The notes beneath the pieces were generated by a model. It had not been told where the DNA came from, did not search any database, and worked only from the letters and a program-made list of their open reading frames with translations. From a virus (lineage: Duplodnaviria > Heunggongvirae > Uroviricota > Caudoviricetes), in IMG/VR virus record IMGVR_UViG_649989948_000014, positions 1 through 29,649 of that record: a DNA stretch of 29,649 nucleotides, one strand, 5' to 3'. Shown here in pieces: positions 1-14,237 of the stretch. Made by a program: the position numbers and the translations under genes. How positions within the stretch are numbered: the first letter of the stretch is position 1; each line of letters opens with the position of its first letter.

Positions 1-462
<462 letters not shown>

Positions 463-503
463 AGACTCCTCCACAGAGAGAAAATGGCCCCGAAGGGCCA
501 TGA

Positions 504-1536
504 TTACGCCAGTTGTACGGACACGAACGCATCAGGGTCAGCCAGCAGCATCAGCGGTGCTGACTGAATCATGGTGAACTCACGCGCCGGATCGCCGGTG
601 GTCACCCAGTTTTTCGGGTAGCGGGCAGAGGCGTTAATACCTTCGCGCTGTGCGTCCGCATCCTGAATGCAGCCATAGGTGCGCAGACCGCGTGCCTGAG
701 TGTTCCCCAGCACCATCGTGTTGTCCGGCAGGAAGTTCTTTTTGACGTCGTTTTCCACGTACTGTCCGGAATACACGACGATCGCCGTATCGCCATACAT
801 CCCCTTATAGGACACCGCTTCGCCCAGGTCTTTTACCGCTGTCTCCAGCTCGGAATTAGAGCCGCGACGGGTATCCAGCTTCTCCTTGACGGCTTTGAAG
901 GAACGGAACAGCGCCCAGCCTTTCGGATCAAACACGATGATATTCACCACGCCGCTGGCGTTCAGCGCGTAGGCTTCGATATCGTCGGTCGGGTCATACG
1001 TGGACTTGTCACGCTTGCTCCACTCCGTGCCGCCGGACTGCGTGATGTTGTTCGCCGCACTGCGGCCCATATCCACCTCAACCGGATCGAAGGCTTCACC
1101 GGTCATGGTGTATTTGCCCTTGAGCACGGCAGAAACTGCCTGCATCTCTTCGACCTGAGCAATGGCCAGCTCTTCGTCACGCATGTTCTGCAGGATGATG
1201 CGACGGCGGCGGTAAGCCGGAAGCCGGGTCCGCCAGATTCTGCGGATCTTCATCCGGCAGGCGACGCAGGGTCATCTGCGGATTCACCTCATGCTTCGGC
1301 TTGACATAACCCGGCGTAAATTCAGAGGTGGAGCCGCCACGGGAACGGATAACCTCACCGGAAACAATTGGCGAAACGTACAGCGCCATGTTTACCAGTC
1401 CAGGAATTTGTGAGAGATAGACTTTCTCCGTGGTGAAGGGATAGCTCTCACGGAAAAAGAGACGCAGAAACAGCGGATCAAACTTAAATTTCTGCTCATT
1501 TGCCGCCAGCAGCTGGGCGGTTGTGTACATCGACAT
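504..1536 (-). pseudogene. E: lambda major capsid protein E, frameshifted
   Basis: Track ORFs 1177..1563 (MSMYTTAQLLAANEQKF...QNLADPA) and 504..1253 (...YRRRRIILQNMRDEELAIAQ...VSVQLA) together cover lambda E but in different frames; the junction shows CCGGCTT twice in tandem on the minus strand (plus ~1214-1227). Confidence 0.85.
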
Positions 1537-1591
1537 AAAAAAATCCCGTAAAAAAAGCCGCACAGGCGGCCTTTAGTGATGAAGGGTCAGG

Positions 1592-1924
1592 TTAAACGAT
1601 GCTGATTGCCGTTCCGGCAAACGCGGTCCGTTTTTTCGTCTCGTCGCTGGCAGCCTCCGGCCAGAGCACATCCTCATAACGGAACGTGCCGGACTTGTAG
1701 AACGTCAGTGTGGTGCTGGTCTGGTCAGCAGCAACTGCAAGAATGCCAACGGCAGCACCGTCGGTGGTGCCATCCCACGCAACCAGCTTACGGGTGGAGG
1801 TGTCCAGCATCAGCGGGGTCATTGCAGGCGCTTTCGCACTCAACCCGCCGGGCGCGGTTGCGGTATGAGCCGGGTCACTGTTGCCCAGCGGCTGGTAATG
1901 GGTAAAGGTTTCTTTGCTCGTCAT
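1592..1924 (-). CDS. D: head decoration protein D
   Basis: ORF 1592..1930 contains [41 protein letters not shown]...AISIV, near-identical to lambda gpD; start moved to the internal Met. Confidence 0.95.
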   Translation of the reverse strand: MTSKETFTHYQPLGNSDPAHTATAPGGLSAKAPAMTPLMLDTSTRKLVAWDGTTDGAAVGILAVAADQTSTTLTFYKSGTFRYEDVLWPEAASDETKKRTAFAGTAISIV

Positions 1925-1933
1925 AAACATCCC

Positions 1934-3233
1934 TTACACTGGTGTGTTCAGCAAATCGTTAACGGCATCAGATGCCGGGTTACCTGCAGCCAGCGGTGCC
2001 GGTGCCCCCTGCATCAGACGATCCAGCGCAGTGTCACTGCGCGCCTGTGCACTCTGTGGTGCTGCGGCCAGAATACGGCGGGCCGTTTCCACGGTCATAC
2101 CGGGGGTTTCGGCCAGCACGCATGCCTGTTCTTCGCGTCCGTGAGCCTCCTCACAGTTGAGGATCCCCATAATGCGACTGTTTTCTGCCGCAACCGCTGC
2201 GGTGATCTGCGCGTTCACGTCCGGCTGCGCAGCGCTGGCGTTCTCGCCCTCCGTCGCTTGCACCACGCCAGTAACGTCAGCCTGCGAAGCAGTGGCTGAA
2301 ACAGTTGTTGATTGAGTCTCTTTGGTCATTCGCCCTCCTGAGAGACGGGATTTACGTGCATCCAGTGCATCACGCATGACGGTGATCGCATCGGTACTGT
2401 TCACAAGTTCATCAGCCAGTCCGGCATCAATGGCCTCCTGACCGCTGTACACTGCAGCCTCGGTATCCAGCACAGCCTGCACGGACAGGCCGGTATATGC
2501 CGACACCTTCTGTGCAAACATCCGGCGGGTTGCATCCATCCGGGACTGCAGTGTTTCCCGGACATCATCCGGTAGATGGCTGTAGGGGTTGCCATCCACC
2601 TTATGGCTGCCGCTGTAAATCAGCGTGATTTCCACGCCCTGTTTCTCCAGCGCAGCACCGTAATTACTGTGAGCCATCATGACGCCGATGGAGCCTGTCC
2701 GGGCGGTCTGCGTGACCAGACGCCGGGAGGCGGCGCTGGCAAGCAGCTGACCTGCACTGCAGTTCATGTCGTTGGCCAGCGCCCATACCGGTTTTATGTC
2801 TCGCACACGGGCGATGATGTCAGCACAGTCAAATGCTCCCGCCACCATCCCGCCCGGTGTGTCCATATCCAGCAGAATGCCGTCCACAATCGGATCGCTG
2901 GCAGCCTGTTGCAGACGGGCGATAATGCCGTTGTAACCGGTCATCCCCGAATACGGCTGCAGCGCCCGCGTCCGGCTGACCAGCGTGCCGGACACCGGCA
3001 GCACGGCGATGCCGTTCATGACCTGATAACTGCGGGCCTGTCGTGGTCCGTCATCATCAACGGATAACGCCAGCGCCGCGGGTGCCTCTCCGGCAGTCAG
3101 GCTGTCGCCGGACACCGCATCCGCCAGGCGGCTGATCCCAAGCTGGCCTGCAAGCGCACAAAAGAAAACCCGCGCATAGGCGGGTTCAAGCATCAGCGGC
3201 TCATTAAAGGCCATACTGGCAATATGCGGGAGA

Positions 3234-3253
<20 letters not shown>
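1934..3253 (-). CDS. C: capsid assembly protease C (minor capsid protein C; scaffold Nu3 nested in frame in its 3' part)
   Basis: ORF 1934..3388 contains TAELRNLPHIASMAFNEPLMLEPAYARVFF...NDLLNTPV matching lambda gpC; likely GTG start at 3253 overlapping the end of B. Confidence 0.92.
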
Positions 3254-6934
<3,681 letters not shown>

Positions 6935-6960
<26 letters not shown>

Positions 6961-7480
6961 TCAGCAACCCCGGTATCAGTTCATCCAGCGCGGCTGCTTT
7001 GTTCATGGCTTTGATAATATCCCGTTTCAGGAAATCAACATGTCGGTTTTCCAGTTCCGGAAAACGCCGCTGCACCGACAGGGGGAGCCCGTCGAGAATA
7101 CTGGCAATTTCACCTGCGATCCGCGACAACACGAAAGTACAGAATGCGGTTTCCACCACTTCAGCGGAGTCTCTGGCATTCTTCAGTTCCTGTGCGTCGG
7201 CCTGCGCACGCGTAAGTCGATGGCGTTCGTACTCAATAGTTCCTGGCTGGAGATCTGCCTCGCTGGCCTGCCGCAGTTCTTCAACCTCCCGGCGCAGCTT
7301 TTCGTTCTCAATTTCAGCATCCCTTTCGGCATACCATTTTATGACGGCGGCAGAGTCATAAAGCACCTCATTACCCTTGCCACCGCCTCGCAGAACGGGC
7401 ATTCCCTGTTCCTGCCAGTTCTGAATGGTACGGATACTCGCACCGAAAATGTCAGCCAGCTGCTTTTTGTTGACTTCCAT
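6935..7480 (-). CDS. Nu1: terminase small subunit Nu1
   Basis: 181-aa ORF MEVNKKQLADIFGASIRTIQNWQEQGMPVLRGGGKGNEVLYDSAAVIKWYAER... matches lambda Nu1. Confidence 0.96.
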
Positions 7481-7657
7481 TGTTCATTCCACGGACAAAA
7501 ACAGAGAAAGGAAACGACAGAGGCCAAAAAGCTCGCTTTCAGCACCTGTCGCTTCCTTTCTTTTCAGAGGGTATTTTAAATAAAAACATTAAGTTATGAC
7601 GAAGAAGAACGGAAACGCCTTAAACCGGAAAATTTTCATAAATAGCGAAAACCCGCG

Positions 7658-7669
7658 AGGTCGCCGCCC
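7658..7669. other. cosN cohesive-end site (cos region extends about 7481-7720)
   Basis: Plus strand aggtcgccgccc is the reverse complement of the lambda 12-nt cohesive end GGGCGGCGACCT; flanks match lambda genome ends (cgcgggttttcgctatttatgaaaattttccggtttaa toward Nu1; ggatcgccggaaaggacccg on the other side). Confidence 0.88.
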
Positions 7670-7868
7670 CGTAACCTGTCGGATCGCCGGAAAGGACCCG
7701 CAAAATGATAATAATTATCATCTGCATGTCACAACGTGCATCTACGCCATCAAACCACGTCAAATAATCAATTATGACGCAGGTATCATATTAATTGATC
7801 TGCATCAACTTAACGTAAAAACAACTTCAGACAATACAAATCAGCGACACTGAATACGGGACAACCTC

Positions 7869-8102
7869 ATGTCAACGAAGAACAGAACCCGCAGAACAAC
7901 AACCCGCAACATCCGCTTTCCTAACCAAATGATTGAACAAATTAACATCGCTCTTGATCAAAAAGGGTCCGGGAATTTCTCAGCCTGGGTCATTGAAGCC
8001 TGCCGCCGGAGACTGTGCTCAGAAAAAAGAGTTTCTCCTGAAGCAAACAAAGAAAAGAGTGACATTACTGAATTGCTCAGAAAACAGATCAGACCAGATT
8101 GA
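7869..8102 (+). CDS. small DNA-binding-like protein, YlcI/YnfO (DUF3950)-like, possible ribbon-helix-helix fold
   Basis: 77-aa ORF with RNIRFPNQMIEQINIALDQKGSGNFSAWVIEACRRRL; sits next to cos as ylcI does next to the terminase genes in DLP12; family assignment from memory. Confidence 0.4.
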   Translation: MSTKNRTRRTTTRNIRFPNQMIEQINIALDQKGSGNFSAWVIEACRRRLCSEKRVSPEANKEKSDITELLRKQIRPD

Positions 8103-8143
8103 AGCAATTTAGATAATCGTGCAGACTACGCCCCTCATATCAC

Positions 8144-8569
8144 ATGGAAGGTACTACAATGGCTCAGGTTGCCATTTTTAAACAAATATTCGATAAAGTG
8201 AGAAATAATTTAAACTATCACTGGTTTTATTCTGAACTAAAACGTCACAATGTCTCACATTACATTTACTATTTAGCCACAGAGAATATTCATCTTGTTC
8301 TTGAAAACGATAATACGGTTTTAATAAAAGGACAGGGTAAGGTTGTAAATGTAAGATTTTCAAAAAATAAATGCCTTATAGAAGCCACCTTAAAAGGATT
8401 CAAATCAGGAGAGTTATCATTTTACGAATACAGGAAAAATCTTGCTACAGCAGGGGTTTTCAGATGGATTACAAATATCCACGAAAACAAAAGGTATTAC
8501 TATACCTTTGATAATTCATTACTCTTTACTGAGAACATTCAGAACACTACACAAATATTTCCGCACTAA
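8144..8569 (+). CDS. hypothetical protein (141 aa), AT-rich, downstream partner of the RHH-like gene
   Basis: Uninterrupted ORF 41 bp after the previous gene on the same strand; low-GC codon usage unlike the lambda backbone; no motif recognised. Confidence 0.4.
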   Translation: MEGTTMAQVAIFKQIFDKVRNNLNYHWFYSELKRHNVSHYIYYLATENIHLVLENDNTVLIKGQGKVVNVRFSKNKCLIEATLKGFKSGELSFYEYRKNLATAGVFRWITNIHENKRYYYTFDNSLLFTENIQNTTQIFPH

Positions 8570-8855
8570 ATCATAACGTCCGGTTTCTTCCGTGCCAGAA
8601 CCGGACTCGCTGGCATGATGAAATATGTGTACCCGGTAACCCCGGTGTGCATCGTTTTTGATTATTCCCACACACTCGCGCAGAAGGAGTTCCCCGTCGG
8701 GCTACGGTCTCTGTTAATACGGGAATACGGCGACGATACAGCGCATGATGTGTCAGGCTTGAATACCTTTATCCTTTAAAAGGGATATCAGTTAAGTTAT
8801 CCCGTGTAGGGTATAAGCCATTATCAAGCCCACCCGTAGATAGGCTTTGTAATGG

Positions 8856-9113
8856 CTACTTCGCTTTTGCTTCCGCTCGCTTACGCCGGCGCTCTTCTTT
8901 CCTCTCGGCTTTTGCCATGTCCATGAATGCCTGCATGATCGAGTTCCGCATCATGTAGCTAACAAAGTGATGATTGACACAGCCGTTGAGGCGCAGCTGC
9001 TCGCCAAACTCATCCACCGAGGCCAATGCTTCCATCATGCCCTTCTCGCCTTTCATGAACTCTGAGAAGTCGCGCCCCGCTCTGGAGGCGCATTCAATAA
9101 CACGATCACTCAT
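8856..9113 (-). CDS. hypothetical protein (85 aa), translationally coupled to the upstream KilA-N gene
   Basis: ORF start overlaps the stop of 9110..9607 (ATGA-type overlap); charged KR-rich C-terminus. Confidence 0.4.
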   Translation of the reverse strand: MSDRVIECASRAGRDFSEFMKGEKGMMEALASVDEFGEQLRLNGCVNHHFVSYMMRNSIMQAFMDMAKAERKEERRRKRAEAKAK

Positions 9114-9607
9114 CCCGGAAGCCCGGGGATCGTAATCTGCAGCTGGTTAGCCAGGGAGTTAATCTCAGCGACCAACACTGGCTTCGTATAGCGCCATGCT
9201 GCCAGCCCTTGTCCGCAGAAGCTCGCCATGTCTTTCTTCTGGTCAAACTCATGACATTTCATGTTGAGCTGCGCACTTAAGCTGTTGCGATGCTGAAGTT
9301 CTCCGGTGAAGTAGTCATCGAGGACTTTATAGGCCGCGTACTTGAACCCGGGGTTTAACCAAGCCGCATAATCGTAAGCAACAAACTTCCCGCCATATGT
9401 TCCACCGTGTACACCGCGCTCAGTAAAAACCACAGATTCGTGGTTTTTCTCCAGCTCGGCTAAGAACTCTTTGGTCTGCTTGTTTCGCAGGTAGTGGTAA
9501 GGTGATTCAGATTCACTTTTACCACTGGCTTTCCACATATCAGTGAGGCAGATCATGCCATCTTCACCGATACGAATTGGTTGATTGAAGAGGGTTAATG
9601 ATTTCAT
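9110..9607 (-). CDS. KilA-N domain protein
   Basis: 165-aa ORF with ...IRIGEDGMICLTDMWKASGK...FTERGVHGGTYGGKFVAYDYAAWLNPGFKYAAY..., a pattern typical of KilA-N DNA-binding domains (recalled, not searched). Confidence 0.5.
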   Translation of the reverse strand: MKSLTLFNQPIRIGEDGMICLTDMWKASGKSESESPYHYLRNKQTKEFLAELEKNHESVVFTERGVHGGTYGGKFVAYDYAAWLNPGFKYAAYKVLDDYFTGELQHRNSLSAQLNMKCHEFDQKKDMASFCGQGLAAWRYTKPVLVAEINSLANQLQITIPGLPG

Positions 9608-9808
9608 AGCGTGTACCTACTCTTTGAAATGAACCTTTGCCGCACAGGAAACCAGCCCACCGAGGCTCGCCAGCACTAACTGGTATCCTCAAAGGCCCAT
9701 TCCAAAGGGGCAGGTTCGGTGTAAAAAACATGCGTTGCGGTACGCATTTATTGCAAAAAGCCCCGCATCGCGAGGCTCATTAAATGGACTTTGTGATTTG
9801 CAAAAAAA

Positions 9809-10267
9809 TTATTTCAGGCATTGCGTCCTGATGTATTCCTGCAGGTAGTTAACCTGCGCGGTTATCTTGTCGATTCCACTTCGGAGACGGTAATAATTGA
9901 GTTCAGCATCTGCTGTAAGTCCTGGGCTTTCTCCATCGCCCATGCCGCTGGCTCCGGTCGTAGACTTTGCACAGGTGGCGGCGACTTGCAGGCGCTTACG
10001 CCCAGCAGAAACATCAGCACGGAGACTTTCGATAGTCGCGTTAGCATCAGCAAGCTCCTTTGTGTATCTTGCGTCGAGTTCTGCTACATCACGTTGACGC
10101 TTCCGCATGTCAGCGATGGTAGCGTTCGCCTTCTCCAGTTCACTGGCCTTGTTATCGCGCTGCTCTTTGTAGGCGATTGCGTTATCACGGTAATGATTAA
10201 CAGCCCATGACAGGCAGACGATGATGCAGATAACCAGAGCGGAGATAATCGCGGTTACCCTGCTCAT
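9809..10267 (-). CDS. rzpD: i-spanin Rz
   Basis: ORF 9809..10279 with N-terminal TM segment ([23 protein letters not shown]) and coiled-coil-like body; directly follows the endolysin gene; DLP12 RzpD-like. Confidence 0.85.
   Translation of the reverse strand: MSRVTAIISALVICIIVCLSWAVNHYRDNAIAYKEQRDNKASELEKANATIADMRKRQRDVAELDARYTKELADANATIESLRADVSAGRKRLQVAATCAKSTTGASGMGDGESPGLTADAELNYYRLRSGIDKITAQVNYLQEYIRTQCLK
9862..10053 (-). CDS. rzoD: o-spanin Rz1 lipoprotein, embedded in the +1 frame of Rz
   Basis: 63-aa [38 protein letters not shown]... with lipobox LLGVSAC and proline-rich stretch, entirely inside Rz. Confidence 0.75.
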   Translation of the reverse strand: MLMLTRLSKVSVLMFLLGVSACKSPPPVQSLRPEPAAWAMEKAQDLQQMLNSIITVSEVESTR

Positions 10268-10761
10268 TGTTGCCCCCACAAACAGACCTCACGCTCAATC
10301 TCACGACGAGTCATCAGGCCTTTCCATTGCTTACCGCCAGCGTATGCCCAGCGACGTAGCTGGTCACATGCGCCCTTGATATCGCCCTGGTTTATTTTGC
10401 GAAGAAGAGTAGATGTTCTGAAATTGCCTGCGCCCACGTTATAGACGAACGAGTAAAGAGCGCCGCGCGTTGTTTCCGGTATATCGACTTTGATGTACGG
10501 GTTAATTTGTCTGGCTACCATGGCAAGGTCTTTATTCAGGAGGGCTTTGCATTCTGCTTCGGTATACGTTTTACCGGGAATGATGTCTTTTCCTGTATGC
10601 CCGTGACATACAGTCCATACGCCAACGATATCTTTGTATGGTATGTAGCTGACACCTTCCAGACCATCGTTACCACTTGGGCCAGTGATTAACACTGATG
10701 CTATAGCAATTGCTCCGCCACCAATAGCAGCAGCAACGGCTTTTCGTAATGATGGAGGCAT
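10264..10761 (-). CDS. rrrD: SAR endolysin (lysozyme, phage 21 R / RrrD-like)
   Basis: 165-aa ORF with N-terminal signal-arrest-release segment ([20 protein letters not shown]) followed by a lysozyme-like body. Confidence 0.9.
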   Translation of the reverse strand: MPPSLRKAVAAAIGGGAIAIASVLITGPSGNDGLEGVSYIPYKDIVGVWTVCHGHTGKDIIPGKTYTEAECKALLNKDLAMVARQINPYIKVDIPETTRGALYSFVYNVGAGNFRTSTLLRKINQGDIKGACDQLRRWAYAGGKQWKGLMTRREIEREVCLWGQQ

Positions 10762-10976
10762 TATTCACCTCTCGCAGCCTTGCGCTTATCTTCTTTAATC
10801 TTGAAATAAAGGTTTGTCAGGTACGTCAGCAGGCCAAATACCAAGCTACCCAGCACTCCAATTGCCGCCCACTGTGAGGGCGTGACTTTATCTAGCAGCT
10901 GTAAAAACCAGTACCCGGCACTACCTGCTGAGGTGCCATAGGCGACACCCGTTGTTAACTTATCCATGGATTTCAT
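10761..10976 (-). CDS. essD: class II holin (S21 / EssD-like pinholin)
   Basis: 71-aa [74 protein letters not shown], two TM segments, immediately upstream of the endolysin. Confidence 0.88.
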
Positions 10977-11088
10977 AACCCCACCTCGCAGACAAAGCGG
11001 GTGTAAATTGAGGGAATACTACGAAACGTAACAGACTCGGAGTCAGTGAATAACTCAGGTATTGGGTTATCAGCTAATATCGAGACCC

Positions 11089-11120
11089 AAAAAATGGAAA
11101 AACCCGCTCGACGGCGGGTT
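11089..11120 (-). terminator. candidate intrinsic terminator upstream of the lysis cassette (tR'-like position)
   Basis: Minus strand reads ACCCGCcgtcgaGCGGGT followed by TTTTTCCATTTTTT; lies between the porin gene and the holin gene. Confidence 0.35.
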
Positions 11121-11547
11121 TAAGCTGTGTGACGAAGTAACCACTCTTAACAGCATAACCAATTTTTTACGTACGTAAACCACTAAATGATATTTGCGAG
11201 AATGCTACCGAGTATTGAAAACACCACTACAAATACATAAGCAAATCTCAACAAATAACCAACAAATAATTTCCAGCGTTATTTTTAGCTGGTTTAAATT
11301 GAACCTTCAAATTATAGAGCACTTATAAATAACAGCCATTAATATAAATTGGCTAATAGATTTATTTTTATTCAGCCAAGAGCCATGAATAGGATTCGAT
11401 AGAAAAAGTTCAGATAAAAATAGAGATCTACTTCACAAATCAAATGAGAAACCAAAACTTACATCTTGAAATAATCACATTGATTAGATGAATATTTATC
11501 GCGCAGTGACATCATTTTTTAATAATAGTTCAAAAAAAGGGCTCACG

Positions 11548-12630
11548 ATGAAAAAATTAACAGTGGCAATTTCTGCTGTAGCTGCATCAGTACTGATGGC
11601 GATGTCTGCTCAGGCAGCTGAAATTTATAATAAAGACAGTAACAAGCTGGATCTGTACGGGAAAGTTAATGCTAAGCACTACTTCTCCTCTAATGATGCA
11701 GATGATGGTGATACTACTTATGCCCGTCTTGGCTTCAAAGGTGAAACCCAAATCAACGATCAACTGACTGGTTTCGGTCAGTGGGAATATGAATTCAAAG
11801 GCAACCGCGCTGAATCTCAAGGTTCCTCCAAAGATAAAACCCGTCTTGCCTTCGCTGGCCTGAAATTCGGTGACTACGGCTCCATCGATTATGGCCGTAA
11901 CTACGGTGTAGCATACGATATTGGTGCATGGACCGACGTTCTGCCAGAATTCGGTGGCGATACCTGGACCCAAACAGATGTATTCATGACTGGTCGCACC
12001 ACAGGTGTTGCAACTTATCGTAACAATGACTTCTTTGGTCTGGTTGATGGTCTGAACTTTGCTGCTCAGTATCAGGGTAAAAATGACCGCACTGACGTAA
12101 CTGAAGCTAATGGTGATGGTTTCGGTTTCTCCACTACTTATGAGTATGAAGGATTCGGTGTAGGTGCAACCTATGCTAAATCTGACCGCACTAATAATCA
12201 GGTTATCTACGGTAACAACAGCCTGAATGCATCTGGTCAAAATGCTGAAGTATGGGCAGCTGGTCTGAAATATGATGCGAACAACATCTATCTGGCTACC
12301 ACCTATTCTGAAACCCAGAACATGACTGTTTTTGGTAATAACCATATTGCCAACAAAGCACAAAACTTCGAAGTAGTTGCACAATATCAGTTCGACTTCG
12401 GTCTGCGTCCGTCCGTTGCTTACCTGCAATCTAAAGGAAAAGACTTGGGTGCGTGGGGTGATCAGGACCTGGTTGAATATATTGATGTAGGTGCAACCTA
12501 TTACTTCAACAAAAATATGTCCACTTTTGTTGATTACAAAATCAACCTGATTGATAAGAGCGATTTCACGAAAGCATCTGGCGTTGCTACCGATGATATC
12601 GTTGCTGTAGGTATGGTTTACCAGTTCTAA
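11548..12630 (+). CDS. nmpC: outer membrane porin, NmpC/OmpD-type, apparently intact
   Basis: ORF 11488..12630; from the internal Met: [46 protein letters not shown]...GMVYQF (signal peptide, C-terminal aromatic residue); opposite strand to Q and the lysis genes, as nmpC is in DLP12. Confidence 0.9.
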   Translation: MKKLTVAISAVAASVLMAMSAQAAEIYNKDSNKLDLYGKVNAKHYFSSNDADDGDTTYARLGFKGETQINDQLTGFGQWEYEFKGNRAESQGSSKDKTRLAFAGLKFGDYGSIDYGRNYGVAYDIGAWTDVLPEFGGDTWTQTDVFMTGRTTGVATYRNNDFFGLVDGLNFAAQYQGKNDRTDVTEANGDGFGFSTTYEYEGFGVGATYAKSDRTNNQVIYGNNSLNASGQNAEVWAAGLKYDANNIYLATTYSETQNMTVFGNNHIANKAQNFEVVAQYQFDFGLRPSVAYLQSKGKDLGAWGDQDLVEYIDVGATYYFNKNMSTFVDYKINLIDKSDFTKASGVATDDIVAVGMVYQF

Positions 12631-12767
12631 TTTGATTACTAAAAGATATGTTGCGGGAGGCTTTGCCTCCCCAACATATAAGTGGCTCCCTCAAGCCACT
12701 TCCTTTAGGAGCACAACCTTGCTTCTAACTATATAAACCTTCTGTTATATATTACCCTTTATTTTTG

Positions 12768-12791
12768 GGGGCGTCTCAACGCCCCATTTTT
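12768..12791 (+). terminator. intrinsic terminator hairpin downstream of the porin gene, convergent with Q
   Basis: GGGGCGT ctca ACGCCCC followed by ATTTTTAATAATTTTT on the plus strand; a second palindrome (GGGAGGC tttg CCTCCC) lies at about 12655-12671. Confidence 0.45.
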
Positions 12792-12818
12792 AATAATTTT
12801 TAGTAAACAATTGGCATA

Positions 12819-13202
12819 TTAATTAGAGTTATTAACAACGATATCCATCTCTAACCGGATATCTAATGCCATTAACATCCCTTCAATTATGCCCTCAGCC
12901 TTCTGTAACCTTTTCCCGATATAACCATCAGAGCAGCAATGCTTACCTGCCAGTGACATGAATGTCATACCGACTACATAATAATCTACTAATAAATCGT
13001 GCAAATCGCTGTTGTTCTTTTTCAGACGGGCCATGCACCCGCAAATAATCATCGCGTCATCGTCACAACATTGCGGGCGAGATTTTACTTTTGAAGTAAT
13101 TAATCCCTTAAAACCGGCGGCAATGGACGACCAGGTCACATCTTCATGATTATTAGCCGCCCACGCTCCCCAACGCTCAAGAACCATCTGAATATCACGC
13201 AT
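12819..13202 (-). CDS. quuD: late-gene antiterminator Q (QuuD-like)
   Basis: ORF 12819..13217; from the internal Met [60 protein letters not shown]... matches the DLP12 Q homolog. Confidence 0.85.
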   Translation of the reverse strand: MRDIQMVLERWGAWAANNHEDVTWSSIAAGFKGLITSKVKSRPQCCDDDAMIICGCMARLKKNNSDLHDLLVDYYVVGMTFMSLAGKHCCSDGYIGKRLQKAEGIIEGMLMALDIRLEMDIVVNNSN

Positions 13203-13269
13203 CAACTTACTCCACAAAAATCAGACCAGAACGCCAATTACAAGCAAAAATCAACAAAACAGTATTAGT

Positions 13270-13410
13270 TGATTGTTATCTCTGACTTCATACTCCTGCT
13301 CCTGTCAGTGTTTTGGCGTAATTCTTCAGTATTCGGTAATCGGTCAAAACAGAACCGGGGAAACGATATAAGCGCAGGCGCATCCAGCGGTGGCGAAGAA
13401 GTTCTGCCAT
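13270..13410 (-). CDS. ylcG: YlcG-like small protein (46 aa)
   Basis: Hand-translated minus-strand ORF MAELLRHRWMRLRLYRFPGSVLTDYRILKNYAKTLTGAGV between rusA and Q; below the ORF-track length cutoff. Confidence 0.55.
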
Positions 13411-13424
13411 ATAAAACTCAAACA

Positions 13425-13787
13425 TCATTCATCTCCCAGTTCAGTGATGGTCAGTTCCAGCTTTCCACCTTTGACAACCGGCATCTTCACAACGCGGTAA
13501 TCAACGACCTGAGCATCATCCAGCCAGAAACCTGCTTTAGTGAGTGCGTCAAAAGCGGCTTTTTGCAGATTATCCAGGTCACGGCGACGGCGATCCGGCA
13601 TGTGGCACTCAATGCGGATTTTCACAGGCATAGCCAGGCCGATATCCAGCATTGCGTTTTTAATGATTCGGGCGACGTTATCGCGGTATGCCTGCCCCTC
13701 TGCGCTGACGTGCGTGCGCCCGCGATTATGGCGGTAATAGCGATTATTGCTCGGAGGCCAGGGTAATGTGATGCTGTAGGTATTCAC
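13425..13787 (-). CDS. rusA: Holliday junction resolvase RusA
   Basis: 120-aa [77 protein letters not shown]... matches RusA. Confidence 0.93.
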   Translation of the reverse strand: MNTYSITLPWPPSNNRYYRHNRGRTHVSAEGQAYRDNVARIIKNAMLDIGLAMPVKIRIECHMPDRRRRDLDNLQKAAFDALTKAGFWLDDAQVVDYRVVKMPVVKGGKLELTITELGDE

Positions 13788-14074
13788 GCCTTAATAACCC
13801 CCTCTTTCAGCCAGATAACCTGTGTTCTCGCCATACCTTCCAGCGCGCATTCTTTTGCATATGCAGCATCGACAAAATGTGTGCGGCGGTCGATTTCGTC
13901 GTGGCAGGCAGAACATGCAATGGTGGCAATCAGGTCTGGCGGTTTGGTACCGGTGCCGCACAATCCAGTCAGCCGGATATGTGCCAGTACAGACGTTTCA
14001 GGGTTGCCATTACATACGCCAGGGATTCTTACCTGGCATTCCCGACTACGCGCTGCTTTTCTCAAATCAGCCAT
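13784..14074 (-). CDS. ybcO: YbcO-like putative nuclease (DUF1364)
   Basis: ORF 13784..14113; from the internal Met [64 protein letters not shown]... (96 aa, Cys-rich). Confidence 0.8.
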   Translation of the reverse strand: MADLRKAARSRECQVRIPGVCNGNPETSVLAHIRLTGLCGTGTKPPDLIATIACSACHDEIDRRTHFVDAAYAKECALEGMARTQVIWLKEGVIKA

Positions 14075-14237
14075 GATTCCTCCTTGCTGCCAGTCGCAAC
14101 CATTTTTTATCAACCAGGCTGGCGGTATATCCGAGCAGTGTTGGTATTTCGGAAGGCTTCAGCTCCGGTTTACGCTTACGACGATTTGGTACTCTGTAGA
14201 TGTGTCCGTTCATGACACGAATAAGCGGTGTAGCCAT
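14067..14237 (-). CDS. ninE: NinE-like small protein (56 aa)
   Basis: Hand-translated [59 protein letters not shown], start overlapping the ybcN stop (TAATG); coordinates approximate. Confidence 0.5.
   Translation of the reverse strand: MATPLIRVMNGHIYRVPNRRKRKPELKPSEIPTLLGYTASLVDKKWLRLAARRNHG

Noticed and set aside
2576-3067. Plus-strand ORFs inside the head genes (for example 2576..3067, 3273..3551, 4401..4841, 5329..5805, 6541..6900, 7040..7579)
   Set aside because: They lie antisense to confidently identified lambda head and terminase genes and have no recognisable motifs; typical spurious open frames in GC-rich coding DNA
7596-7853. 85-aa plus-strand ORF spanning the cos region
   Set aside because: It overlaps cosN and the terminase-binding region, which match the lambda genome ends at nucleotide level; coding here is implausible
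8570-8855. Possible tRNA or small RNA in the structured spacer after the 141-aa ORF
   Set aside because: Several GC hairpins are present, but I found no T-loop-like GTTCGAATC or cloverleaf arrangement by eye; insufficient evidence without a tRNA scan
11587-12429. 280-aa minus-strand ORF antisense to the porin gene
   Set aside because: It fully overlaps the NmpC-type porin ORF, which has a signal peptide and matches a known family; the antisense frame is low-complexity (Ile/Val/Thr-rich), characteristic of an AT-rich antisense artefact
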